A stretch of 63,935 bases of DNA, filler included, from Folioceros fuciformis (taxonomy: Eukaryota): the NCBI GenBank assembly GCA_049999805.1. It is 21 parts of 21 records of this genome, joined end to end, with 100 filler letters (N's around TTAATTAATTAA, not from the genome) between each part and the next. Parts side by side here need not be neighbours in the genome. Positions count along the whole stretch, not along the records: positions 13,186 to 21,096 come from JBNGIO010006874.1; positions 21,197 to 23,525 come from JBNGIO010006875.1; positions 23,626 to 25,572 come from JBNGIO010006876.1; 18 more parts are not named here. One strand, given 5' to 3'. A program made the translations under genes and the position numbers. Each line of letters begins with the position of its first letter. Position 1 is the stretch's first letter. Positions 13,186-25,672 of this stretch are shown piece after piece. The notes under the pieces are model-generated. The model was not told the DNA's origin. It ran no database searches and was given only the letters and a program-made list of their open reading frames with translations.

Positions 13186-14089
13186 TGCCGGTGGGGACGG
13201 AGGTAGAGGAAGGATGGGAATGGGGGCGAGGAATCAAGGACCTGGCATGGGTGCCAGAGCCGGCCAAGGTCCTGGTAGAGGAAGGGGCGGCATGGGTGGA
13301 AGGGGAATGGGGGCTGGTGCTCCGTTTGGTCAGGGACCGCCTGGTCCTATGGGTGGTCCTCCAGGAGGTATGATGCCGCCACAAGGCATGATGGGTCAAG
13401 GGTTTGACCCGGGTTTTGGCCCTCCCATGGGTCGTGGTGGCTATGGCATGGGGCCTGGTGGTGGCTTTGTCCCACGAGGTCCTCCTGGCCCGTTTCCTGG
13501 GATGGGGCCTCCATTTCCGGGAATGGGGCCTGGTCTTCCTGGAGTGGGTCCTCATGTGAACCCAGGGTTTTTTGGTAGGGGACAAAATGGTAACGGGCCA
13601 GGCATGGGGCCTGGGATGGAAGGGCATCCCGGGGCCTGGGGGGAGGGTCCCATGCCCGGTTGGGGCGGGGAGGAGCTTGACAGGAGAATGGGAGTATATG
13701 GAGATGAGATGGCTGCAGATTACGGTTATGGAGGTGATATGGTACCCGACAGGCTCAGGGTGGGCAGCTCGAGGGACAGGGAAAGGGGGACAGAGGCAGA
13801 ATGGCCAGCTCCAGAGCGCCGAAGAAGAGCGGAGGAGCGGGATGGGGATTGGGTGGACCGTGAGAGGCACAGAGAACGGGATAGGGAAGGCTATCGTGAA
13901 CCCACACGAGAACCCCGGGACAGACCTCGAGAACGTGAGAAGGAAAAAGATTGGGATGAGCGCGATAGGCCTAGTCGAGGGCGGGAAAAAGCAAGGGCAA
14001 CCGATGATGACGACCGACCTCGATCTCGAGAGGATGACTATGGGAAGAGGCGGAAGCTCAGCCAAACAGACAGGAAGATGGAACGATAG
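13186..14089 (+). CDS. C-terminal part of a CFIm68/59 (CPSF6/7)-like cleavage factor
   Basis: G/P/M-rich region, PHVNPGFF motif, RE/RD-rich tail ending DDYGKRRK; the RRM lies off-contig. Confidence 0.8.
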
Positions 14090-14960
14090 CATGGGCATCA
14101 TGATCAGCAGTTGAAAGTGTGAAACAGCATTTGGATAGCTTCTAACCTGTGCATGGAAGTTCAATTGTCACTTGGGTGGCTATCTGTCCCCTGTTGGAAG
14201 GCTGAGCCAGGTGCACTCTCCTTGCTTGGATTTCCTGGGATCTTGGTCTAGCAACCCGACGAGGTTCCCTGCAACTTTTGTTTATGCACACACAGGAAGT
14301 TTTTCGTGTCCTAAGCGTGGTGGAGAGTGAGCCCCCAGCCGTGGAGAGTCATGGGATGTTGTTTTGCCAGTTCTGGGCTATTGGATGGAGTGACGCAACT
14401 CTGGCTTCATGCCCTTGGAGAATTGACTTTGTAATCTAGTCTGATTTAGCGGACTTTTGCTCTCTTCTCTGCAAGTTGCCCTCTTGCAGAGAAATCGAGA
14501 TATCTGACACGACGTCTTGGACGACGTTGAATCAGCTTGCTGCAGCCAGCTCTCGGCTCTCTCGACTCTCCTCTAGGCTGTCCCCCCTAACGGAAGGTTA
14601 AGCTGGGTTACTTAGTGCCATCTCGAGGACCAAGTTTATCATTACTGTGGGCGCTGGGTGACTGATGTGACCTACTTCTGTCGAAAGCTGCAACTTGTAT
14701 TGTAAGAGGCTCCCTCCCTGTAAGTTGCAAGCAAGACCCTTGTAGTCCAGGTTGCGGGTCCGTGGTGAAGTAGTAAGGTGCCGGGGTTCTCCTCGTGGAC
14801 TGCCCTCAGATCGATGGTTGGACGAAGGCCCCTCCCGCAGCGCGGGTAGGGCGAACGTATCATTTAATCCTTCCAGTTTGTAACGCATAGTATTTTTGAA
14901 TTCGAATACAACTAGTAATTCACCTAGCATGTGTTCATCTACGATCCCGCTTGCTCACCT

Positions 14961-14970
14961 CCCGCGAAAA
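14961..14970 (-). promoter_or_regulatory. E2F consensus site (TTTTCGCGGG) about 170 bp upstream of the SNI1-like ATG
   Basis: CCCGCGAAAA on + strand matches TTTSSCGS on - strand. Confidence 0.5.
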
Positions 14971-15137
14971 TTGAAATGGGTGGCCTTTGGAATCTGATCG
15001 AAGGAAATAGCGTGTTCAGGACGTGAAAGGATTTCCTCTATCAGACGCAAGGCACTGAGGAACGGTTGGCTTTTGCAATTTGATGGAAGGAAATAGTGTA
15101 TTCTGGATGTGATCGGACATCACTCTCCACCTTCGCC

Positions 15138-18100
15138 ATGCCTCCCAAGCGCAAGGCATCTAAAGGTGTGGAAGCCTATCTCCAGCCCCCGGTATGTTGC
15201 CTTGTCCTACACGCAGTGCGAATAGAATATTGCCGAAGTGATCAGCAAGGATGGTGATTCGATGTGCCTCCCACGCTCTTCTTGCAGCTCCTAACCCGAA
15301 GAGCAGCCGCCAAGGTTGGTTGAAGCGGTCTCTCAGTAGCACAAGCACTCAGTGGAAATTTGAGAACCTGTTGTTGAAGCCTTGAATACTGTTCACTATC
15401 ACGTGTGTTTCATGTTTCATCCGGCTGCAGCAAACGCAGGAGCAGCTTTTAGAAGCCAGCTCTCAGAATGCGGTACGATGACCAGTTGTTTGGATGTGAT
15501 AGTCACAGATAAGCTGCGCCACTTTCAGACGCTGGGATCATATCAAAATCTGCTCCTAATTCTGTAAACTATCAGCAGTCCGTTGGGAAGAACAACTACC
15601 TCAAAGTCATAGTTGTACTCGACAACAATGGGAGAACGATGGACAGATACGCGGAGGAAAGTCTGATGGCGTTTGTAGATTTCTCCCAACAGGATTCTCA
15701 AACATTCTTAAGGTCCGCCCGTGGATCGGGCCCATCTAGGAATGCAGTGAAGATGGAAGATGCTATCGAGGGCAAAGTGGATGACAGTATCCAATCACAC
15801 CTTGTTCGCTGTCCGGCAATATTGTTCTGTCCTACGCTTTACTGTAGGCGCAAGAAGTTAGGAACAGAGTTTCTACGAATGCATATGAAGGGAAATGCGC
15901 TTCCTTGACATCTTGTACCTGATCTAGCACTCATGTTCTTTGAAGAGGTTTTCTGGCATTCGATTGGGCCTTCCAGTGCTGCTGTTCCAACAAGGTAGTT
16001 CTTTCAACTCTCTCGCCTGGAACCATCCCTCTTGTTGAATGCGAGAAGGTTAGGTAGCTTTCCCCAGTACCCTTGAAGTTTTTACTAGCAGAACTGACGA
16101 GGCATGATGCAATCACTGATCAGTCGGGCTTCCGGGACTCTATTGCTCTTGGATCATCCAGGAGTATACAAGCTGCTGTGTTTAAATGCTTGAAGGAAAG
16201 TAGGTCTGTCGAATTGGCTGTGAAGAGCTTTCGGCTTCTCAGTGAGTTTAGAAAGGTAGTGGAGATGCTGCACATCGTCTCAACCGTTCGCATTACCTTC
16301 CGTATCCTTCGGTCCACGTCTTTGCGGTGGTAATATTTTGACTCTGTGCTGTTTTCACAATGTGGGTTTGACTTTGGTTCTGCCTGGACACAGACTTTCC
16401 CTTGCATTAGAACAAGGGAAACATCGTCGTCGGGAGTGTTAGAGCTTGTGCTCAATGTCAAGGTGCATTTCTGTGTAAAACATTCCTTCGCCATGTTTCC
16501 TCTGCAAGCCTAGTGGCGCAGCTTATCCTTGGTGCACCCCAGGCTTGGACTCCATTTCAGAGTTCTGAAAGAAAAGACTGCTTCTCGGAGAAAACCTTTA
16601 CATCAGGTGGTATGGAGGAGGATCCATCACATCAGGCAGCTAGAGCAGTACTGCTTTCTGACCACATGACTGACGAGCACCTGGTACTACACCTGATGAA
16701 CGTCGTTCGACAGATATGCTTCCAAAAGTGTCGCAGATCCTAGCAATTTGATGTATGAGGCCAGAGAGTGCTGCTTTTGGATTGTCCCTCTGACTATTGT
16801 GTCCTTGGTTCAATTTAGAACTGGCATGAATTATTCAGAAGGATTGCAAATTGTATGGAGGCATATGGTGGGATAAGTTCCCTCAAAGAAAAGGACAGAA
16901 CTGCCAAAATTGACAAAAATGACCTGATGGAGTATGAAGTAAGATGTGATTCGCCAAGGTTCAGAGTCTGTGGACGTCATGCATTTGGTAGAGACTATCA
17001 AGTACCAGCAGAGCCATCCTCTTTGTCCTGACCAGCCACATTCCTGTGCAGCTAGAGCTTGGCGCATTCTTGACATTCGAATATGTTGTAGATATTCTGG
17101 AGATGGACTTCAACTGCCGACTCATTCATTTTGAAGGTTTGCTTCTGCCCCTTGACTTTTAGCTTTATTTTGGTACATCTGAGTTGTGATGCTGAGAAGC
17201 TCTTCTGGAACCTCGTCTGTAAGGCTCCTCTGGAAACTGTTCCATAAGCCCTTCGTTGATTTTGTGCAGCGAATCATGAACTAGAAGTTCTTCAATGCTC
17301 GTATGTTAGAAAGCTGTTTAAGGTACATCTTCAGGACTGCCATAAAAATTCCCCCCGCACGTTACTGCTAGTATTTAGGCATCAAGAATTTTTTCTGGGG
17401 CGTATGTCAGGGTTCTAGCAGGAATGCTGCAAGGGAATTGGTGGGACATTTGCTACGGATCATTTGTGCATGTGGAAGGCGAAGTGGCGGCAAAATTGGA
17501 AGTCTGCCTTGCGTCTCTGTGAGGCATATTTGTGAATTGGCTAGAAGGTTAATAATCATGTTCACAAAGCTTGGGGATTGCGAACATGGCGTTCAAAGGT
17601 AACTGTAGCGGAGATCATTCAGATGCAATCACAGGCGATAAGTGGCTTCCCGTTCTGATGCTGATCGACAGCTCGATTTGTACCTGCAAACAGATCAAAC
17701 TTGAAGGAGATTGTAGACGATTTTCCAGATGATGCAGAAATGCTCAACAGTTTCTTGCAGGTTGGGCTTTGGAGTTGATGTGGTATAGAGAAGTTGACCT
17801 CCATTCCAGCATGCTGCTCATGCTACGCATGGTCCTGCAGTCAATTCAAGACTCCAGGCACAAGATGGACTTCATCTTAAGGCAGTTAGCCAAGAAATGG
17901 CCGAAGGTCTCTGTGGGTACATTTGCCTTATCTTGAGTTACACCTTTCCCAGTCAGAACAAGCTCATCCAGTCACTTGTTTGTCTATGTATTCAGCAAGT
18001 TCAAGTCAACCATGGGCTGGCAGACCTTTTTGGCTTGCTGGAATGTCTAGCTAACAAGGCCCAAGCCAAACTAGTGTGTCGGGCGTTCGGAGCAGAAACG

Positions 18101-18496
18101 TTGGAGGTTTTGCTGGGGCATGCATTTCAGGTACGTATGATCCGAGTCCTCCAAGCCGTATGACGTGAGCATTGTTATCTTTCTGTACCTAACATCAGTC
18201 CCTGTGCCTCACCGATTGTGAGTGGCCACACCTCGTTCAGGCAACGATTTTTCTTCAAGAGTTTGGGAGTGCGAAGAGCATCAATGATTTGTGCCTCGCG
18301 CTTCAGGCGGCTATAGAGACGCACCGAGCGCACCAAAAATTGAATCTGTAAGGAAAAGTAGAAAATGCCCTACCATGTGCTGGTGGTGTTACTTACACGT
18401 CTGGCAAACTAACTGCACGACTCTTGGATGTTCAGAGACGAGTTACATCCGACAGTCACGTTTGCCCTAATTCTTGCGAGGAGTGTGTGCAAGTAG
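15138..18496 (+). CDS. SNI1: SNI1-like protein (NSE6 subunit of the SMC5/6 complex), many short exons; 5' exons uncertain
   Basis: Collinear exon blocks resemble Arabidopsis SNI1 as I recall it: AVFKCLKESRSVELAVKSFRLL, AWTPF, EIVDDFPDDAEMLNSFLQ, KMDFILRQLAKKWPK, FGAETLEVLLGHAF, SINDLC; stop at 18494-18496. Confidence 0.75.
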
Positions 18497-19081
18497 GATT
18501 TAGCTAACGATGGCAATCAAGTGCAGGTAACCGGTGAGTGAAACTTCCATCGGCACCTGTCATGGTAGAAGTAGGTAGCACCTGGCCTAGAAGGTCCTGG
18601 AATAACTGCACACTGAGTGCGATCTACAAAGATATGGGAAGTACGTGGCAGATCTCGACCTCGCGGTCTCTACGTAGGCACACTGCATGTCCTCGACAGG
18701 TGAATAGGCTTCGGGCAAGATGGTACATCCACGCAGTCCGGACAGAACGGAGTGCCCCGCAGCCAACATGGTAATAGACGTCGGCAAACTGACTACAGTC
18801 TTTCCAGAGGGAGGAAGAGAGAGTTAGTTCTTCCCTTATTCAATGGAAGAAGGGATGCACATTGCGCATGCCGGATTTCATTACAACTCAACGCAAATGT
18901 GTTCAGCTGTTGCGCTAATCCCTGGCGAACAACAAGCTGGAAAAACTGTACAGACTATGATAAACCTGCGGAAATGGTTTGATCTTGTGTTGCAACACAA
19001 GATGTCAAGCCGAACGTAGACGCTGCCGGCTGCAAAACTGGTGCGAAGAGTGAAATGGATGGCCGAATTCCTGACTGTTGT

Positions 19082-20350
19082 CTAAGATGATGAACCTGAA
19101 AGAGCACACTGGCGAAGTGACACAATGCACAGCTTCTGTTTGAAGAGCTGTTGCTGAAGAACCTCAGACAAGACGAGAGGCGAAGGTGTGGGAGATCTGG
19201 CAGATAGTGATTTCACTCCGTAACCGGGAGCAGCAGCAGGATGCATAGACATGTCCTTGGGCAGATCGAAGGCGTAACCGGTGTTGGAAGAGGACGAGAC
19301 GGCAGGGGACTGAGCCTGATCAGCAATGTTGCCGAGGGACTCAAGAATATTCACCTGGAGCTGCAGAAACTTGACGTACTCGATGGCCTCGTCGAACATG
19401 GATGCTGTGTCCATCTTGTGGCCGCCAGGGATGAGTTGCGCAAGGACATTCACCCGTTCTGTGATTTTCTTCCTTCGCTGCCGGGCTGCGACGCTCTGAG
19501 GTTCGACCGAGGTGGCTGGAAGTTTTCGGTAGGAAGTCTTGGAATCCACCGCCGTGACGCAGTGACTGTCTCTGTGATCCAGCAGGATGGATTGAAGGGG
19601 CCCGGGGTGATGCCGAGTTGGGACGTTGTCCTGAGACTTGTGAGCTTGCTGAGACGGAGTCCTGAAATCCCTGCTGATGATGGCGGCGTCGTTGAAGGGA
19701 GGGTGAACAGGCGCAGTGGCTGGCATGGACGCACGCAGGCGCGTTGTCGACTTGAGAGTTGTGGTGGGACTCCCCTTCACGAGTGCCTCCTTTTTGAGAT
19801 GCAGGTTCACAGCCTTGGAGAGGCTTTCCAGCGTGTAGCACGCCACTCTCTGCCGCTTGGAGGGTGAGGCATGAGGCTCCTGGATGTCAAGCTCGTCCGG
19901 GTTGGAGATGAGCGCGTCCAAGGTGTGGAGTCCCGGGCTCTGAGCTTGCGCATTCCTCCAGAGACCAGGATCAGGATTCTTTGCAGCTTGGACCTGGTCC
20001 TGCATCGATCCGCTGCTGTCCGAGTCGGATGCCTTGCATTGCACCATCCAAGAAGCGCAAGACAAGGTATCGATCGGGTCCAGATGCGGCGTCATTCTGG
20101 AGTGTACGCTGGAGTCAAGATTGTCGGCGTCGTTAGCAACCGAGGACGACTCATCCGGCAGGTCCAGGCTGCTGAAGTCGGGCGCAGCAGCAGCAGGCGC
20201 AAATGCGTGCATGCTCTGCATGTCCGCAACCGTCACTCCATGCGTGCTCCAGGTGTTGAAGAGATTGGACGCGGATTCCGCCATGAGGTTGTCGCTGCCG
20301 GAGGAGTGCGCCTCGTGCACGCAGTCGGCGGAGGATGAGTCCAAAAATGT

Positions 20351-20381
<31 letters not shown>

Positions 20382-20980
20382 TGTTGCTGCTCGGCGATCT
20401 GTGCAAGAAGAAGCGGAACAGCATAGCAACCTTGGTCCGGCGTGTCGTCGGGCTGAGGATTGAAAAAGTGGTTGGAGGAGGAAGCGGCGGCTGGGCGATG
20501 GAAGTGGTGCGCGGGCGGATGAGCGAGCTGCTCCGGACCACCGTCCTCCTGCTCCTGCTCCTGCTGCTGCTGCAACAGGGTCGGTATCACCGCCGTTGTG
20601 ACGAGGTGCTGGTCCATCCCGGCGTAATTCCAGCTGTCCAGCGGCAGAGCATGCGGCAGGCCGGACCTGTGCAGCGACATGAGGCCTGCGGAGGCGTCTT
20701 CTTGCAGCTGCATCATATGGTGGGGAGGCGTCCACAATCCGCACTGCGCCAGCGCAATCTCGGACTGCGACTGCTCGATCCAAGACATGGCAGAGCAGGC
20801 GGGATTGGGAAGCATCTGGTATGAGCAGAAGGGAGGAATCCCGAGCGAGGATCCCAGCCCGTAGTCACCACACAGGGCGAATCCATCCATCCCGGACCCG
20901 GACCCGGACGCCGACGTCCGCTGTTGGTTCTCCCGTTCATGGTAGTGATCCGTCAGCATCTTCGCGCACGATTCATGCAC
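19082..20980 (-). CDS. BNB: Intronless bHLH subfamily VIIIa transcription factor (BONOBO-like) with poly-Q N-terminal region
   Basis: [20 protein letters not shown]...[26 protein letters not shown] plus C-terminal [15 protein letters not shown], typical of VIIIa. Confidence 0.8.
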
Positions 20981-21047
20981 GCAATCCGTCTACAGCATGC
21001 TTGGCGCAAGATCTCTCACAGACAAGGCGCACAAGGGCACCGGCGGC

Positions 21048-21049
<2 letters not shown>

Positions 21050-21096
<47 letters not shown>
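21050..21096. repeat. (CA)n microsatellite at contig end
   Basis: Read directly. Confidence 0.95.
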
Positions 21097-21200
21097 NNNN
21101 NNNNNNNNNNNNNNNNNNNNNNNNNNNNNNNNNNNNNNNNTTAATTAATTAANNNNNNNNNNNNNNNNNNNNNNNNNNNNNNNNNNNNNNNNNNNNGGCG

Positions 21201-21241
<41 letters not shown>

Positions 21242-24078
21242 GGTGTTGGTGTTGGTGGGCATGGCCTGTGAGGGAGGAGCATAAGACATGTCGCAGTCGA
21301 GATAGCCAGGCCGCGATGGGACCCTGTCCGTGCACCCTCGTCTCTGGCGGGAGCGATCCCACCCACATCTTTCTCCGCCCGTGTCTGCTCCACGGCGCCG
21401 TGACTAGCGAGCACTGCTAATCTCCAGCACCCCAAAACACCATGGCTGTGGTAGACTCTACCTAGTGCTACACGCCCACATCCACCCTCACTCCCTCACT
21501 GCATGGCATTTTGCAGCCTTGGCCGATGAAGCAGCCGTCGCCCAGTGCGTCCTTACTTGGGACACCACCAACATACGTGACACCACCACCCAGCAAAAAG
21601 CAATCACCCACGACAATGCGATCCCCCTTTAACCCTGATCGACCCGGCCCGGACGTCAACAGCTGGAAACGCCCGCAAGCAAGGACCGTTTGGGCTCATT
21701 CCAAGCACAGACACTTTTCTGCCGATCCCATCAGCCTCACCGCTGCACCGCGCGTGGCTACCACGCGAATCAAATCAAAAGTACCGGCATGAGACAAATC
21801 GGATAATCTGCTGGCTCCAGCATTCACATGCCACCGTTCTCGACTCGCCTCTCTGTTTGCATGCAGTCTCTCGCCTGGGGTTAAACTCGCCTCTTTTTAA
21901 GAACCCCAGCTCACCCCGCAATCCGCCTTCTTCGTCTCAAGTCCTCCCAGCCAATCCCGTCGCTCGCGCCCAAACTGTCCACACCTATAACCCCGCGTCA
22001 ACTATAGCCTGAGGCTGCCGTTGACCACTTTTCTTTCCGTATGCCCTTCTGCTTCTAGTCTTTCATCCGCGACCTGCCTTCTAGGCCCGCCAATTGCATT
22101 CCGCCCATGCCTGCCAGCGACCGGTAGACAAGTCATGTCCTGCCATGCATTACGAACAGAGCCTGGAAGCATTCCGTGTCCTCGGAAATCTGGTTGCGTC
22201 CGACCGACAAAGTCTTACGGCTGATTTACGTTTCCAATGAAAGCCTCCAGCCACATGGGACGATGCTGCAAGGATCCCTTACGCTCGCTACCGCTTGTAC
22301 CAACTATCTGATGCCATTATCATAACAGGCCACAGGGAATTACTTGCCTTCTATGGCACGACACAGAAGTTTGTCGTGCGGCTGCATGGCACGAAAGCGA
22401 GTTCCATCACACAAAACCCACAGACGCGTAATTCGTGTCAAAAATAGCGAGATGCATGTTACTCAGACATGTACGCCATCTCGCATCGTCTCACGATGAC
22501 GAAAATCGCACCGATCTTCCACGTTTGCTTGCTCAACAGGTGACAAAATTCAATGCATATCTGAGCTGACATGACTCCACTTACCCACCCTAAGTGAAAT
22601 ACACTTTTACAGCTTTCCCAAGCGGTCCAGCATCCACCAAATGATGATACTTTCTCCCAGCATCACCTCAAAATGGTAACACAGTAAGCCACGCTACTTT
22701 TCAATAATCCGCCCTGATCCCAACGACGAGACCCGTGGAACGTTGGCTGCTTGATGAAACAACATACAATTGGTGCATTTACATCTCCATCTTCATGGCA
22801 ATACTTTCTAGCTGCACTATGCCATGGCACACAGTCTGGATGAGGCTCCTGGGTATATGCCCGATGTTTATTGATCTAGCTTCTCTCAATACGAGTTGTT
22901 TCCACCAACCAGTTCCTCCCGAACTCCACGCATGCGAAAAAAACAATGCTCAACGTCATTGAACCTCGTTGTGTATTGATGGCTGTGCTTTCGTTGGATT
23001 GACGTGTAGAACCCAAGTTTGATAAATGAAGGATGGGGTATGGACTGTGGTAGATTTTTAACTAGGTAATGTTGTATGATGCCAAATTGGGAAGTATTCG
23101 CGCGAAAAATATTAGTCGGGACAAGTCTAGCATCACGTATGGCACTTGGCACCTAGCTAACAGCACAACGTCTGCTATCTCCACCAACTCACGAGGCAAA
23201 TACAGGAGAAGATTTAGATTTTTCCTGACAGAAATCAAACCGTATAACTCTATGTCGTAACTGGATTCATGCTTATATATGCGATTATGTGCAGGCGTGA
23301 TATAGACGTTACAGCGACCTCAGCACCGAAAAGCATCCTTCAACACCCCATTCCCATCCTACAGATCATGCCCACAAAGATAAAGACATAACCTCATATC
23401 CCCCACCCTCACCCAAAGCAATTTACCACCCCCACCTCACCCATGTCAACGCCTCCCAAACATCGCAAACAGCCCTCCAAAACACCCCCTCCGCTCCTTC
23501 CCCTTCTCAACACTTCTCACAGCCTNNNNNNNNNNNNNNNNNNNNNNNNNNNNNNNNNNNNNNNNNNNNTTAATTAATTAANNNNNNNNNNNNNNNNNNN
23601 NNNNNNNNNNNNNNNNNNNNNNNNNACCAGCTCCAGTGTCGGGCCCGGGCCCGGGCCCGGGCCCGGGGCCCGGGCCTAGCCTGTACTGGCCTGTCGCTCT
23701 GACTGCACAAGGCGCCATTGCCCCTTGAAAGACGAGGCCGCTGCCAGGAGAGCGGGCCAAAGATTGGTGCGCGCATTGATCGAAGAAGGTGAAGCAAGCT
23801 CGGAGCCGCAGGGAAGACAGGGACGCGATCAGCCGCAGTTGCCCACCAGCCCCCTGGGTGTAGCGGCGCCGCCTCGGCCGATCTGCCATCACGGGGAGAC
23901 GCGAGGCAGGGAGCAAGACGGCTGGGGCCTTGGAGCTTGGGCGGCGACATGTCGCAGCAGATAGAACGATGGCGGCGTGAGATGTGGTAGCCGGGAGAGT
24001 GTGAGCTGCGACAGCCGCAGCGGCGGACCTGCATTGCCTCGGCGACTGGCTCTGCCGCTACTGCTGGCAGATCTTCCC

Positions 24079-25572
24079 ATGACGGCCCAGCGGGGCGCCC
24101 TGGCCGTGGTGCTCTTGCTCATCTGCAGCTCGCTTTCTTCTCTTGCTGCTTCTCAAGGTACCGAGCTCCTGCTCCTGCTCCGGAGACGCTCGCTTCTTTG
24201 GCGGGGTGGGCTTTGGTGGGTTTCTTGTTGTCCTCCGAGGGGGCGGCTTTCTGTGGAATGGCGTTGCCTTGAGCTTCGGTTCTTGGTCTGTTTCTTGCAC
24301 ACGGATGTCGGTGTGCCTCAGTCTTGATTTTTTATTTTTTATTTTTTGTGCTGAACCATCGTCGTTTCGCGTTGTGTTGGTCTGCATGTGTCGGCTCGTT
24401 GCAGGTTTCTCAGGTGTAGATGGTAGTGTAAAGGCTAGACTTCTAGGTGTAAGCGATCGTCCTGGAGGGGGTCATCACCCGCCTGGGGTGGGCCATCACC
24501 CGCCCGGGGTGGGGCATCGTCCTCCAGGCGTAGGCCACCATCCTCCGGGTGTGGGGCATCACCCGCCTGGGGTCGGCCATCGCAAGCAAAACAGGAGGTT
24601 GCTGTACGCCTACATTGCGCTGCAGGCATGGAAGAAAGCAATCACGGCGGATCCTTTGAACATTACAGGGAGCTGGGTTGGCTATGACGTGTGCAGCTAC
24701 ACAGGGGTTTTTTGCCAGGCTGCGCTGGACGATCCGTCTATTGATGTGGTGGCGGGGATCGACCTCAACCATGGGTTGCTGGCGGGAACCTTGGTGGAAG
24801 AGCTGGGCCTGCTCACGGATCTGGGTCTCTTGCATCTCAATACCAACAACTTTACGGGGACGTTGCCTGACAGTTTCAAGAATCTCAAGCTGCTATTCGA
24901 GCTGGATGTGAGTAATAATCAGCTGTCAGGGAAATTTCCGCTAGTGGTTTTGGATATTCCCAGCCTCTTCTTCCTGGACATCAGGTTCAACAAGTTCAGG
25001 GGCAAGATTCCTCCCGAGATCTTCCTAAAGAGGCTGGATGCGCTGTTCGTGAATAATAACCACTTCAAGGGGGAGATACCTGACACGCTGGGCAGCTCGC
25101 CGGTGTCGGTGCTGGTGCTGGCCAACAACAAGCTGAAGGGAGGAATTCCGGATAGCATTGGGAACATGTCCAAAACGCTCAACCAGATTCTGTTCCTCAA
25201 TAACAAGATCGTCGGAGACATCCCCGACGCCATCGGGGACTTGCAGAATGTCACGGTGTTCGACGTAAGCAAGAACAAGTTGAAGAGCCCTCTGCCGGAT
25301 TCCATAGGCAACATGACCAGTTTGCAGGTGTTGAATGCGGCCGGGAATAAGCTGTTCGGGCCTGTGGGAACGGATGTTTGCACCTTGCCCAACCTTCAGA
25401 ACCTGACGCTGTCCAACAACTTCTTCAACGAAGCCAGTCCGGCGTGCGATCCTCTCGAGGCCAGCGGTATCTTTGTTTTCCAGGGTAATTGCTTACCAGA
25501 TTCTGATGATCAGAAGTCTGAGAAGGCGTGCGACAAATTCTACAACACCCCACCTCCGGCTCCTCCTAGTCC
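24079..25572 (+). CDS. Leucine-rich repeat extensin (LRX/PEX-like), 3'-partial; exon 1 24079-24157, exon 2 from 24405
   Basis: Signal peptide; AYIALQAWKKAI..DP, VAGIDLNHG, plant LRRs, Cys-rich linker, start of Pro-rich tail; splice Q-G|F is in frame. Confidence 0.92.
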
Positions 25573-25672
25573 NNNNNNNNNNNNNNNNNNNNNNNNNNNN
25601 NNNNNNNNNNNNNNNNTTAATTAATTAANNNNNNNNNNNNNNNNNNNNNNNNNNNNNNNNNNNNNNNNNNNN

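Noticed and set aside
13130-14164. Long antisense ORFs over CPSF6-like, bHLH, LRX and GTE genes
   Set aside because: Shadow ORFs expected from GC-rich codon usage.
21197-23525. Possible gene or TE remnant
   Set aside because: Translations give no recognisable motif; left uncalled.
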